Source: Octopus sinensis (Eukaryota). From it: a DNA stretch of 64,000 bases. The notes under the pieces were generated by a model, which worked only from the letters and a program-made list of their open reading frames with translations, had not been told where the DNA came from and did not search any database. Shown here piece after piece: positions 45,023 to 58,855 of this stretch. The stretch spans positions 40,920,001 to 40,984,000 of the forward strand of contig NC_043007.1 of the NCBI RefSeq assembly GCF_006345805.1. The letters are read 5' to 3'. Made by a program: the position numbers and the translations under genes. The first letter of the stretch is position 1; every line of letters begins with the position of its first letter.

Positions 45023-46650
45023 AAAATAAGATAATCATAAGAATTACTAGAGACTTCGTGCGGTTGGTACCGGCAAGATTAAATTCATTAAAAACTCAAA
45101 ATGTTATAACTGTTGGTGTGATGTTTCGAGAAACATCTTTGAGAGTTAACGTAAAACGGCAGAACTGTTAGCACGCCAGGCCAAATGCATAGTGGCATTT
45201 CGTCTAGCTTTATCTTCTGAGTTCAAATTTCGCCGAGATCGACTTTGTCTTTCATTCTTTCGGGGTTGATAAAACAAGTACCAGTTGGGGAGTGGGGTCG
45301 ATGCACTCGACGTAACACTTCCCCTGTATTTGCTGCCTTTCTCCCAAACTTTGAAACGAGTTTAAGCGGACACAAGTAATTATTCTCGTAGACAAATAAT
45401 CTATAGATTTAAAAATTAAATTTATAGTACTTTCTCTCAAGGGAAAATGAAAGTCTTCAAGCAAAATGCTTGATAAATTATTTTCTGCCGCATAACTTTT
45501 ACTAAATAATTTTCTATTTCTTTATGTATGAGTTAATTTATTAATTTATTTACTTGAAGTTATTGATTTATTGATACAATAACTTTAACTGTTATCTCTA
45601 TAGAGCATTCTTCTCTACATTTTTCTTCAGCTTATTATCCGATCTCTTCCAATTATCTTGCCACGCCTCTCTATTTAAGCCTTTTTTCTTTCTACAAACA
45701 TGCTTACAACCATTCCTCTGTTAGTTTCATTTCTTCTTTATCAACATAAGTATCTTAGACGCTAGCTAGATTTAATTCTTCAAATTTAACTTTTAATTCT
45801 CAATTTTTAGTTATTTAATTTGTAGCTTTTATCCATTTAATTGTAGTTTTATCCTATGAATACCCACTTAAGCTAAGCATCTATTTTTAGCTATCCCTAC
45901 TGACCACTTAATTAAATACTCTCTCTGGCCACACCTAAACTAGAATTCATTTATTTAATAAATAGACATTAATACCTTCCTTTTCCACTTTACCTAAACC
46001 TTAACACCTGTCCTCTCACTCCGAGCTGATACTTACAATGAATAATATGGCATATATCGTTTCAAGTTGCACCCTTTATAAAAGGCATGAGTTAAAAATT
46101 GTTTGGTATATGTCTTGGTGCCTTTTTTATGTGTTCGCTCCCACTAACTTTAGATCCTAGCAATGCTCCTGTTTACAACCCCTTGGTTGTTTCAATATGC
46201 AGCTGTAATTTTAAACTTTTAAATGTCCGAAAGAATATATATTAGAAACACAAACTCTTATATATAGGTCAAAATAACAAAACATACATCATTATATACA
46301 AAAAAAACATTATTCGAGATAAACAAATTTTTCAAAAGGAGTGCCTAAACATCCAGTACATATCAACAAATTAAAAATCAAACAGGCTAACATTGAAACA
46401 TGTCTACAAAGTTTGTAAGTCGAGTATAGTGGAATAAATTTGCTCAATAATTTGACTTGTACTAAATTTAGCAATCTATGACGGTGACAGCCAAAGCTGA
46501 TGAAGGTGAAATTTAACTCAATGTCGCACACTTTTGTCTTATTTTGCTTTTGTGTTTTATATATCACATTGTTATCTATGAATTTGAATAAGTCATAATC
46601 TTAGGAATCAGTAACTGTATTCGGTTTACGTAATACTATGAACAATGTAA

Positions 46651-47312
46651 ATAACATTCAATTCAGATAACATTTTTCATTGTTGATAAACAAGTCAAAT
46701 CAAAATTTAAACACGCACACACATACAGATAGGTATAAATACATGCATACATATATATGTACATAAACCATAAAATGTCAAGACGTATTAGAGGTGAATA
46801 TATTTAATTACTTACCTTTAGGGTTACAGCTGATTTGTAACCTTCTTCATGTAATAATAATTTCAGTGTATAATAAATTACGGTTACATACGATGTATGC
46901 TACGCATATAAATACAATTTTATATTCACAAATCAATGCAGATAAAGAATGTCAGTTGCATCGATTAGTGGATATACAATTGTATTGTATAATGTGTAGC
47001 GTGCAGACATGTAAGCATAATTTATTATATACTGAAATTAATATTAGAAGGTGAAGGCTTCGAAACGGCCGTAAACCTAAGGATAACAAGTGGTTAAATA
47101 AACATATTCACCTCTCTTACCTCCAAACTTTTTATGGTTTATATACTCCTCAGGAAATCGTTTCATCGATCGATTCTACTGAATTTTTGCTCTATGGATC
47201 TCTGCAATATACCCCTCTGTATTGGATTACCATGTGGTTTGTTAGCTGAGTCCGCTAGAGAAGCTTTCTGTGATAACCACAAGATTCTATGAATGCATAT
47301 GGATCCACTAAG

Positions 47313-47406
<94 letters not shown>

Positions 47407-49632
47407 TAGATAGATAAATGAAAGAATGGAGTCGAACGACGATTTAACAAAATTCCTTTATTCTCGACATGTTTTGAATAAAGGAATTTTGTTAAATCAT
47501 CGTTCGACTTCATTTATCTATAGTAAAAAAACACACAAATTTCCACATGAAAGCACGTGATTTCTGCCCTTGGCATGTAGCTTCAACCGTGCTTTCTGAC
47601 ATAAATTTGCTACCCGGGTATCGGTTAACCGAATTATCCATACTAGGATAATTCATTCAGCTACTTAAACATATATATATATATCTATATATATAACACT
47701 TCATTTACGAAATATTATGCAGGAATTTCTTCTCAGACCTTTTGTTGTAATGCAAAAACTAACATTAATATTCATGTAAAGATATTTTTCTTGAATTTAC
47801 AGTATATACCACCGATCAGAACTGTAATTAAAGCCAGGATTTTCTGTCAATCAATACAGAAAATAAGTCAAATATTTATTGAAAATATATATAGAAATGT
47901 GCTCATGTTCCTATAGACAGTAAACAAAAGTTAGATAATTCTGAGTTTAAACTGCTCTTCAAAACTATTAAGCTAGAGCACTATCTGTTTTTTTGTGGTA
48001 GGAAATGGAACAGAAGAAGGCATTGCGATATTCAAATTTATTGAAATCCGAAAATAAATTACGTAATAATTCAAAAATCATACTGAGCAAGAAATCCCTG
48101 TTCAAAACTATAATGCCAGGTTGAATAATGTTGCAAAAGGTACGCAAAACAGGGAAATTATGATATAATTCAATGATATTCTCATGCAATTCATCAACAA
48201 TAGTGTGCTTGACCACCACCTTTCTGAAATACTTCAAAGACATGCGGTCTTATGATCTCAATCAACTTCTGCAGCAGATCAAGTGGAATTCCAGGTCTTC
48301 TTTATTTCCAACTCAAGTTTATCAACAGATGAATGCTGCTTTCCTTCGTTGTATACAACATTCGTGACATATCGCCAATCGTTCTCGATAGGATTTAAAG
48401 TCGGGGCTTCTTACAGGCCATGGTATGACTTCAACTCCAATTGCATGGAAGATATCCAAAGTTGCCTTTGCTTTATGAATAGGAGCATTGTTCTGTTGAA
48501 ATATGAAGTTCTCGCTATGGAGCCTTCCTCCTTCTTCGTTCAGTGTGAGCCCCGTCCAACATAGCGATGTATTGTGTAGCATTGAAACGACTATCCATGA
48601 TAACAAGTGGCAGTTGCCCATTGGCAAAAATTGTTCCCCGCACTATGACCTCCTCTGCTCTTCTGCCACGTGGAATAAGTAGAATTTTGTATACATTTAT
48701 CTGCCCAGTAATAATTATAAATGTTGAGGCCATCCAAATCCCATTTTTTCTCATCGGAGAAAAGAAACCCAGTCCATTCACCATCTTCCGTCTGATACTG
48801 CCGAGCGAACATCAATCTAAGAGTTTTGTGGGAAGGAGACAATAACGGACGTCTCAGCCACTTCTTCGAGTGGAAACAATGGTTCAAAATCACTCTTCTT
48901 ATGGTAGATATCGATGCTCCTACTCCTGCTGATGCCTTGATTTTGGAAACAGAAGAGCAGCGTGACTTCTTCACAGCTCTGACAATGGCCCTTTCATCCC
49001 TTTCTGATATAGCCTTGGAAAGTCCACCAGCATGAACCCCGTTGTATCCATCAGGAACTTTCAGAAAATTGTCCACTGGCTTTCTGTTTGGCCGAATTTT
49101 ACCGGCAATCTTCCGGTTACTCATTCCTTCGACTTTCAGTGCAAGAATCTTCCCTTGTTCAATTTCGGAAAACTTTGTAGCTTTAAGCAAACTGGAAATG
49201 TATAATCCGGTTCACAAAGAATATGACTGAGTCGGATATTTTCCCGAAACAATCTGGAAAGAAATGAAAATGTATTAGTGGTTTTATAGTTTTGAAGTGT
49301 TAATATAGAAAGGAAAACTGGAAAATCAGGTGTTGTAAAGTGACAATAAAGGTACAAGGTTTACATTTCAAAGTATTAATGAAATACCATTTACAATATA
49401 TTATGCCCCTGAGTTTATAACATTCAATTCAGCAGACGTAAAATAATTTTTATGATAACATTTTTTATTGTTGATAAACAAGTCAAATCAAAATTTAAAC
49501 ACGCACACACATACAGATGGGTATAAATACATGCATACATATATATGTACATAAACCATAAAATGTCAACACGTATTAGAGGTGAATATATTTAATTACT
49601 TACCTTTAGGGTTACAGCTGATTTGTAACCTT
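46651..49632 (+). repeat. ~190-215-bp direct repeats (46651-46844 and 49417-49632) bracketing a 2.6-kb block
   Basis: Near-identical text gataaacaagtcaaatc...agggttacagctgatttgtaacctt at both sites. Confidence 0.9.
48170..49400 (-). mobile_element. Frameshifted Tc1/Tc3-like transposon
   Basis: ORF pieces 48591-49190 (HTH; FLFSDEKKWDLDG), 48515-48784 and 48322-48627 (FQQNNAPIH, WPVRSPDF); boundaries approximate. Confidence 0.85.
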
Positions 49633-50203
49633 AAATACAGAGCTAAAAACACTTAAATACAGAGCTAAATTTCAAAATAGCTTTAAAAAACATGTGAGTA
49701 CATAGTTTTGAAAAGTAGTGTAGGTTAATTTCGAAATTATATTCAGCAGCACGTATTTTTTTTTTTTTTTTTTTTTTATTTTTTTAGATAATATATTTTA
49801 AAGAAATCATGTGCATAGGAATACAACTATAATCTACCAGCTGGAATTACCTGTGTTATATTATATATAAATCAAAGAACTTGTATGTGGACAAAAATAA
49901 TTAATTTTAGTAAAATTCATTCCAGATTTCATGCAAGGGCTCACTTGAATGAATCGATTTGACTACTCAATTAGGATTTATATTATGATGCCGCAGGTAT
50001 GATTAACAAGTATTAATCTCTCAGTTGCCTAAACCTGGTTCTGACTCAGTATGAACTTATGTAAACCATCATATTTTTATCCAGTGGAACATTTTATCTG
50101 GCTTCCTACCAATTCTGCCATCCACTATCTTTCTACTCAGAAGTAATATTTAACAAACACGAAAAACAACCAAACAAAAAAAACAAAGACAGAAAAGAAC
50201 AAG

Positions 50204-50342
50204 ATGAAGCCTTCCCAGATTGATGTCGATGGAATCATGACTTCTTTGGGAGATTCCAAATTTTTCCACATGACTCAATACATAATGCTCTGTATTCCTG
50301 TACTTATAGTGTCAACTAACAGTTTCTTCTACGTATACTTTG
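50204..50342 (+). CDS. Paralog B exon 1 (start, TM1)
   Basis: ATG AAG CCT...TACTTTG|gtatgt; [30 protein letters not shown]..., an SLC22-like N-terminus; phase 1 joins exon 2. Confidence 0.85.
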
Positions 50343-51473
50343 GTATGTATAACGATTGCGTTGTATGTGTGTGTGTGCTTACATATATTATTTATTAAAC
50401 ACAGTATATATTTTTATGAGCTGCTATCAGTTTCATGTGAGGAAAATGTCTAAGACAGTATATTATGAAATTATTAGTAGCTCATAGAAATATATATTGT
50501 GTTTATTAAATAATATTTATCTCTCACAAGATGGGGTACGTTTTTGTTTATCTTATCGTGAAGATTAGTACGTGGTGTTACATCGTTATACCCCAAATGT
50601 TATTAACTTTGACTATTTGTATGTAGCCCTGCCCTTGAAAAGGTCCCCATATATCTGTGATGTATATAACATGTCTATGCTTTTTTTTGTTGGCATTTTG
50701 CTATTGTTTTTGTTGCTGTTGTTGCTTTGTTTTATACGAGCTTTGTCTAAGTCTCACCCAGAGATCTCAAGAAACAGCATGTTAGATGTTTTACTGTGAG
50801 TGTTATTTATGAGTAGGGATGATATATTTCAGGAAAAGCAAACCAAAACCTGTTATTTAAGATTTCTTTAAAAGTTTGTTGTAATATTTGTGAGTTTAAA
50901 AGGTTTTGAAAAGTTCAAATATTTTCAGGTTAACAGTATTTTCCTTGGGATGCGGGCTGCACACAATTATTTGTTTCTTGATGTCCTGGGATCTGGTATT
51001 TGATCATAGTATTCAAGGGCGCCATTTTATATTATCCCAAAAGCACCGATGATGACTGACACAACTGCCGTTCATTATTATTATTATTATTATTATCATC
51101 ATCATCATCATCATCATTTTATTGTCTTTCACCACAGCCTCTAACGCTGGTGATGTACTATGGGGTCAGCTATTCACTACCACACCCCTTATTTTTCGAG
51201 CACCAGCCGGAGTTTTCAAGCGTTTCCAAGCAGTGCTGTTTTCTGAAAATGCTTACCCGTATTGCAGTCCCTATTTCTTCCATGTACTTCTCAAGACTTT
51301 TACTCACTGTTCCCAGGGCTCCGACTATTATTGGTACTACTACCACCTTTTTCATCGACCAGAACTGCTTAACCTCCCAATCTAACCTGTCATATCTGTC
51401 GACTATCGATTATCATCATCATCATTATTGTTGTTGTTGTTGTTGTTGTTGTTATTATTATTATTATTATTAT

Positions 51474-51522
<49 letters not shown>

Positions 51523-54500
51523 TTACTCACGTACTTTCAGTGCTCTATCGAGCGCAGTTCTGTGTGCCCTGGGTATGTGCTGTGATCTGTTGTGGTGCTC
51601 TTTCTTTTTTCACTGTATTAGAAGTGTTTTACGCAGAATGTGTGCGGCGCCTAGTAGTGCTACTTCCTGTATGTTTTATATACTTGTAAGTCCTGGTGTC
51701 TTTGTTATATCTCTATCTGAATGTTTCTATCATACCTAATGCACCTTCTATAATAGGAATTGTTTCTCTTTTCCGGCTCTACATTCGAGTTACCTCTCTT
51801 TCCAGATCGTTGTAATTTGAGTTTCTCCGATTCTTTTAGAGAAACTTTGTCATCTGTTGGTATGGATATATCAATTAGAAAGCATTTTTTCTTGGCGATC
51901 TCTACTAACAACTATATCCGTCCTATTGACCTTAATTTCTCTACCTGTGTGTATTGGCATATCCCAGTATGTGGTCGGTTTCTCATTTTCTTTGACCTTT
52001 TCTGGGGTGTGCCTATACCATCTTTTTCTTGTTATTCCATAGTGTTGGGATCGATCAGGTACCGGCCAAGGATTCTGGATCATTTTTCCGGTTTTTTACT
52101 TAATTTTTGAGAGCGTTCGGGTTCATTTTTAGTATTCTCACTTGTGAGAGCAGTCAAGTTTATTTCAGATATTCTCATTTCAAAATTCCTATCCGGCTAA
52201 TCGCTTTTTGCTCTCGTTGTTTTATGCTGTTTTTCTCCCCGTTTTGGGGGTGAAAAAATAGCTTTCAATTTCGAAAGCTACGCAAGAACTGCTGCAGTGG
52301 GAGCAGCTACGCAGCTGGAAACGAAGCAGTTAAAGTTTAATATGGAAAAAAATAAAAAGAAGTAAGAAGTCTGTACAAAGAGAGAGAGACACAATTAAGC
52401 TGATCCCCCCACCCACCCAAGGAGGAAACGGTTAATGACAAGAGTGATAGGACGGTAGTGTACCGCACGCAAGAGGATGATGTGGAAGAATGTATGGGAG
52501 CCGTAATGAAGAAAGCAACATTTGTAAGCAGAGGAAGAAAATACGGTACGGTGGAGATGAAGTTTGCACCAAAAAGAGGCGGCATCACATTTCACCACTA
52601 TTCTACGTTTGGACAAAATAGCGCTACTGCCCACGCATGGGGGCAGGTGCTGTGTTCGAATCCGAATAGGAGGAGTACCACCAGAAATAAAGACAGAGTG
52701 GTTGGTGGCGGTTATTTTGGCTGCCACTGAGGACAGTCCAGAATTGGGACCAGTGAGAAGAACGAACATGTTGAACTGGTAGGGATGCGGTGCCGAGATG
52801 TGGCTTTTTGCCACATTCGAAGACATAGAAAGAATCTGCGACATGGTGATCCCATATCAAAATAAGCAGCACATGACTTTGCAGGTGGGGGCCTAGTTAG
52901 AATGTTCTTCAGGACGAGTAGCTCATCCCTCTCAAAAGGTTCCTGAATTAGGGTTGTTTGAGGATGTTGAACGAAACACCCCTATTTCCAAAGGTGAACT
53001 ATTCAAATCCCCAAGGAATTCTTCTTAACACATGGCTATGATGCTCTCCACTACTTCTGCCTATGATCAGAGATGCACATATTGTCAGCCCCTAAAGGAT
53101 ATGCTCAAGTGGGTAAGGTCAAACAACTGACAAGCAGCTCTGTGGTATTGCGTCGAATATTTGCTGTAGCCCATCTTTTATACAAAACATGTACATGATA
53201 ACACTTTTAATCAGTTAAGATCAGAAGCCATGAGAGCCAGTAACTGGTATTGCAATTATTATTACTGTTGTTGTTGTTGTTATATGACACCTCACAGCTT
53301 GGTATTAACTGCTTGGTGGAAAGTGTCAGCTGCCCACAGCCAGCAGACTAAGGTGACACTTGTTTACTGGTCATGCTTCAAGAACCGTGCGAATAATTTT
53401 TGTAGTCCTAAGTAATGCCGATTTTTGTAGTGTTCTACCTTCACACTTGCACCGAACTTTTTCAGCCATGTTGGAAGATGACTGCACCAATTACTAATCG
53501 TGTCACGTCTACTCTCCTAATTGACTACAACCTTCGTATTTCCCATTTCAAATCTTCATAGTTGTTTATTTTTCTTCTTTCACGTTGATCCTGTTGTAAC
53601 CGGGGCATGTTCTGTTGATTATCATACATGTTCTTTCTTTTGTATTCCCCGCAACAATGTCCCGTTTCCTATCTTTGGTCGGGTAATCGCACTGGATCAT
53701 TGCATCCCACAAGATTTTGCAATTCTCATTTTCGGTGTCTCTTTCCGGAGTTTGCTCATACCACGTCTTCGCTTTTTGTAGGTCACGATTTCCACAGAGC
53801 TCCCAATGTATCATTCTTTCCACATTGTCATGGCGCCTTTTGTATTCGTGTTGTGCCAATTTCAGGCATTCGCTAACGATGTGCCATGACGTTTCACCCC
53901 TCTCACCTCGCATTTGTCGTTATCGGCAGTGTTGTCTATTCTGCTCTTCATATAGTTGGTACTTAACATATGAGTGCTTCTGTCTCTATCTTCAGATCAC
54001 TCCTCCTCGTCCATAGCCACCGGTCCTCTGTATCTCTTTTGGCCTTCACATCTCTTGTAAACCGACCGTACATTTTCTTTTCCTTCCATGCTTTTTTTTT
54101 TGTTCATTTCTTGTTTAAAATTTTCCTTAGTTACACAATTTTCAGTTTTGATGACACCGACCTTCTTCGAACGTCTCAACAGTGGATTCAGGGCATTTTT
54201 TACATACCACCCAGTCCTGGCAATTGATTAAGCTTCTCCCACCCCTTTTTCTAGATAAGTACAGCCTATCGGTGTCAACATCTTTCTAGTCTTGGTATCC
54301 ACTTTCTTCACTTTTCTCATTTGCCATTTTATAATTTCCGCTCCAAACGGAAGTGATGCTATCACCCACGTATTAACTGCTTTGATTTTATTTTAGTCAA
54401 TTTTGAATGCAACACCAATCTCAGTTTTCGGAAAAATTCCATCCTCAGTTGCTCTTTCATTTCTTTTCCCATTGTCTCGTTCAACCCTAGTACACCAAGG

Positions 54501-57088
54501 TATTTGTATCCTTCTGTTTTAATTTGCTTAATCAGGTCTCTGTTCAGTATATCTACCCTCAGTTGTTCTTTCATTTCCTTTTCCATTATCTCGTTGAACT
54601 CTAGAGCACCAAGGTATTTGGATCCTTCCGTTTCAATTTGTTTAGTCAGGTCTCTTTTCAGCAATTCTATCCCTGCCTCTTTTTAGGTAGATTATTCCGC
54701 ACTTCTTGAGCCCAAATTCCATTCTGAGATCCGTGTCCTCCCCCAAAGCTTATCACCCAATCCATTGGTCTTACTTAAGCACTTCTGCAGACCAATTGTG
54801 ACAGCTTTGCATGAAAATTCTAGTTTGATCAACCCGCTTTCAACTTCTTCCTTGACAGGTAGAGTCGGTCTATATCTGCCTTTTGATGATACATTTTATT
54901 GGCACTTTGGACTTTTCTGTTTTTTGTCTCCATTTTTTGTAGGTCAGCTAGGCTCCAACTGTTGATAAAATAAAACCATATTGCACAACAGGTACTACTA
55001 AGATGTCAAAAGGTTCTAAGTTCTATTCAGTTTTCAAGAACTGCCTTACACTTCTGTAGGGCTCTTTTAGAGTCATCTTCATCTGTGCATGCTGCAAACC
55101 ATCACCCTCAATAAGGCCAAGGTTCCTTCTGGATTTAATTCTGCTTATAGGTGTGTCTAGGTGAAGATGGATTGATGTTGTCAGTTTTCTCCTTTTAACG
55201 GTTGCTTTTGAGTATTTATCGAGACCAAAATCGATATTAAAATCATTACTGAACTGTTTTACCCTTGATAAAAGCCCTAATTCTTGCTCATTCCTAGTAC
55301 TGTTTTATATGTTGAGGAACCCTATTTTACAGCCACCACACCTGAATACAGATGTAATAATCTGACAGAGTTTCAGCTTAGTCAGTACAACATATCGATC
55401 AACGAAGAAGTCAACCTGTTATATGATAAGTGCTCCATAGACATCACCAATACCGATGGAGAGGTTACAGGTGAGAACCGAACCCTGGACTGTCTGAATG
55501 GTTATTATTACACCACACCAGTTGATAAATCTATTGTGTCACAGGTAGGTTGAGATCTGTTACAGAATTAAAATTGTTGTTTCATTATTTCGGAATTATT
55601 TTGTCTTTGTTTAAGCTTTACATCATCTCTTTATTTTCTGAAGTAAACAACTTGGAACGTTCTAGAACATAACCTGAAAATGTGACATGTACGTCACATC
55701 TTTCAAGTGGAAATCAAAGCTCCAATGCGAATAAAGTAAAATCAGTTATTCGTAAAATACAGATATGATTAAGTTAATGGAAAAAAATTTGTTTATTTCA
55801 ATGTAATTTACATGGCCCGACATTTTTAGATAAAACTCTGTTTCAGCAATTTTTTCATCAAAGGCCGTCTAGTTGCCACTTTTGTAGTCTTTTTCTATTA
55901 TAGGTGCAAGGTCTGAAATTTTTATATCGTCCTCAATGCTCATCCAATACTTATTTTATTGATCTCTAAAGGGTGAAAGGCAAAGTCGACCTTGGCGAAA
56001 TTTGAACTCAGAACGTAGAGCCGGAAGAAATACGGCTAAACGTTTTTTTTTTTTATTAGCAAGCTAACGATTGAACCAGCTCACTGCCTTTATTCCATCT
56101 TTTATAATGGTTTCAAGTTTTGACAGAGGCCCAGAAAGTTTTTTATGGGAGGAGTAGGTCAATTACATCGACCCCAGTTCTTGACTGGTACTTCTTTTAT
56201 CGCCCCCACCCCCGAGAGAAAGAAAGGAAACGTCGACTTAGGCGAAATTCGAACTCAGAACGTAATGCACGAAAGCATTTTGTGCAGCGTGCTTAACGAT
56301 TCTGCCAGCACATTGCCATTATCTTGTCTTTTATAATATCAAGGAATATATTATTCCTTCCATACTGTTACGATATTACAATGTCACATATGAGAGATGG
56401 CTTTGTAGAAAATTGTATACAGGTCAGTGAGTTTTAGTTTTATATTTAGATGATATGTTAGATATTACATTTACATATGTCAAACATTATATTTACATAA
56501 TATGTTTAATATTATAATTATTTTTATTTTGAATTTAAATGATCTGCAGCATATTTTTGCTGATATTTTTGTCCATTTTAGCAGTATAATCTCAGCCTAT
56601 TTTCAATCATGATAATTAATAACTCCAGCTAATGTTATAGCTGTTATTAATTTATATCATTTCCTTAAAATCGCAAAAGTAATCTCTGTTAAAATTTTAT
56701 CCCCTTATGATATGTATAGAAAACTCCAGCATACTGATATATATATCAGCGTGATCACCATGACCGACCAGGCTGTCAGATGTTGCTACACATCGCTGGT
56801 CACAATGCGCTTCGCATTGTTTTAGCCTTCAAATTATGCCACCCCGCTGGCTAAGCGAGCAGGCCAACCGAAGAAAGTTGTGGCGAAAGAGTACAGCAGG
56901 GACCGCCGCCACCCCCTGCCAGAGCATCGTGGAGCTTTAGGTGTTTTCGCTCAATAAACACTCACAACACCTGGTCCGGGAATCGAAACTGCGATCCTAC
57001 AACCGCAAGTCCGCTGCCCTAACCACTGAGCCATTGCGCCTCCACATATACATATATATGCATATATATATACATATATACATTATAT

Positions 57089-57133
<45 letters not shown>

Positions 57134-57134
57134 G

Positions 57135-57201
<67 letters not shown>

Positions 57202-58054
57202 AAATAATTTACAAAATAAGGGCAAAAGAAAAATTCTAATGCCAAATATATATGTATATATATATTGCAAATTCTAATGCCAAATATATATGTATATATA
57301 TATATTGCAAATTCTAATGCCAATATGTATGTATATATATATTGCAAATGGAAGACGGAAGATGGAATATCCGAAAATGTATTATTAATCACAACAATTG
57401 TTTCGACACATCACAACAATTGTTTCCATGGGTGGGACACTCAGCAATTGATTCAGGAGCATCCGGTGGTGCAGATGTATCTCGTCGGGTGATAAATAAA
57501 TACAACCAGTTAAAACTGTTCCGCAATTTAACTTCCCCTTTCTTAGAAAGAAAAGCAGCCAGACGGAGGAAATATCTTCATTTATATAGATCAAAAATAA
57601 AATCACAGATAGCAAAAAGAGAACCGAACACGCAGTCCATATATATATATATATATATATATAGGCACGTCTACATTATCATTATTGTGATTTATATTTA
57701 TTTATGCCTATAACTATTTTTTATAACTGTATATATTTTTATTAATGTATATATTTTAAACTTTAATGGTACACTGTATTCTGCCTTTTTAATGTTTTCA
57801 TTATGTTTTAAATATGATAAATTTCTTTGTACGTCCTTCCCTGAAGATATTCTCACTTGTAGTAATCGCACTAAATTGATTTAGTTAAAAGAAATTTGTT
57901 TGATTTTTTATTGTAAGTCATGAATTGAAACAATTGTAGGTCTGGTCTTGTCAATAAACTTTTATTAATCTTATCTCCATCTTCTCTCTTGGTTTTTATA
58001 ATATTAATTATATATATGTATATACTTCACCAGATTCCGGGGTGAGAGATAGAT

Positions 58055-58093
<39 letters not shown>

Positions 58094-58677
58094 AAGAGAC
58101 AGACAGAGAGTGAGGGAGAAAGCTGGAAAGTGAGTAGGAAATAAAAACCAGTCACACGAAACTGGGCACCTCAGCATGGTCACAGCCCCTAGCTACTACA
58201 CACATTTTTTTCTCTCCTTGTTTTATCTGTGTATCTTTCTGTAGAAGAGCGTAGGCTCGAAACGTAAAAGATTTTTCTATTCCTGAGCGTTATACTAATA
58301 CATCTGTTTGTTTTGTACACCACCTGTTTCGTCTTTTGTTTTTTTCGTAAACTCTCCCTATATATATATATATAATGTGGATTGATAGAATAAGTGACAG
58401 TTGAGTACTATGTTCGGTGTAGTGAACTTGCACCCTGACCCTAAGTTGCTTGCCTTATGCCAAAATTTGAAATTAACGTTACGCAGACTGGCTGCGGGTA
58501 AAACACGAAGAATAAGAGTGCATTCTTTCTATACTTTCGATGTGCGTAATAAAAGTGGACGTTATCATCAGATGGGCCATTTCATAATGTAAGCATCGCT
58601 CCACAGAGAATACGTAACCAGTTTCCTTCTCTATTTCCCTGTCTCTGTGTGTATCTCTCCCCGCCTCTCTCTCTCCC

Positions 58678-58742
<65 letters not shown>

Positions 58743-58763
58743 TATAAATATTCGTGTGTGTAA

Positions 58764-58855
<92 letters not shown>

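Larger units (their letters stand above)
37535..46530 (+). repeat. Local segmental duplication of the gene 3' region
   Basis: 37535-38745 matches 44498-45735; 41790-42335 matches 46060-46530. Confidence 0.85.

Noticed and set aside
47050-47082. GAAAC-GGCC-GTA half hammerhead
   Set aside because: No CUGANGA with a matching stem I found upstream
57342-57713. 123-aa ORF MQMEDGRW...
   Set aside because: Lies in a repeat carrying an HHR relic on the opposite strand; no protein motif
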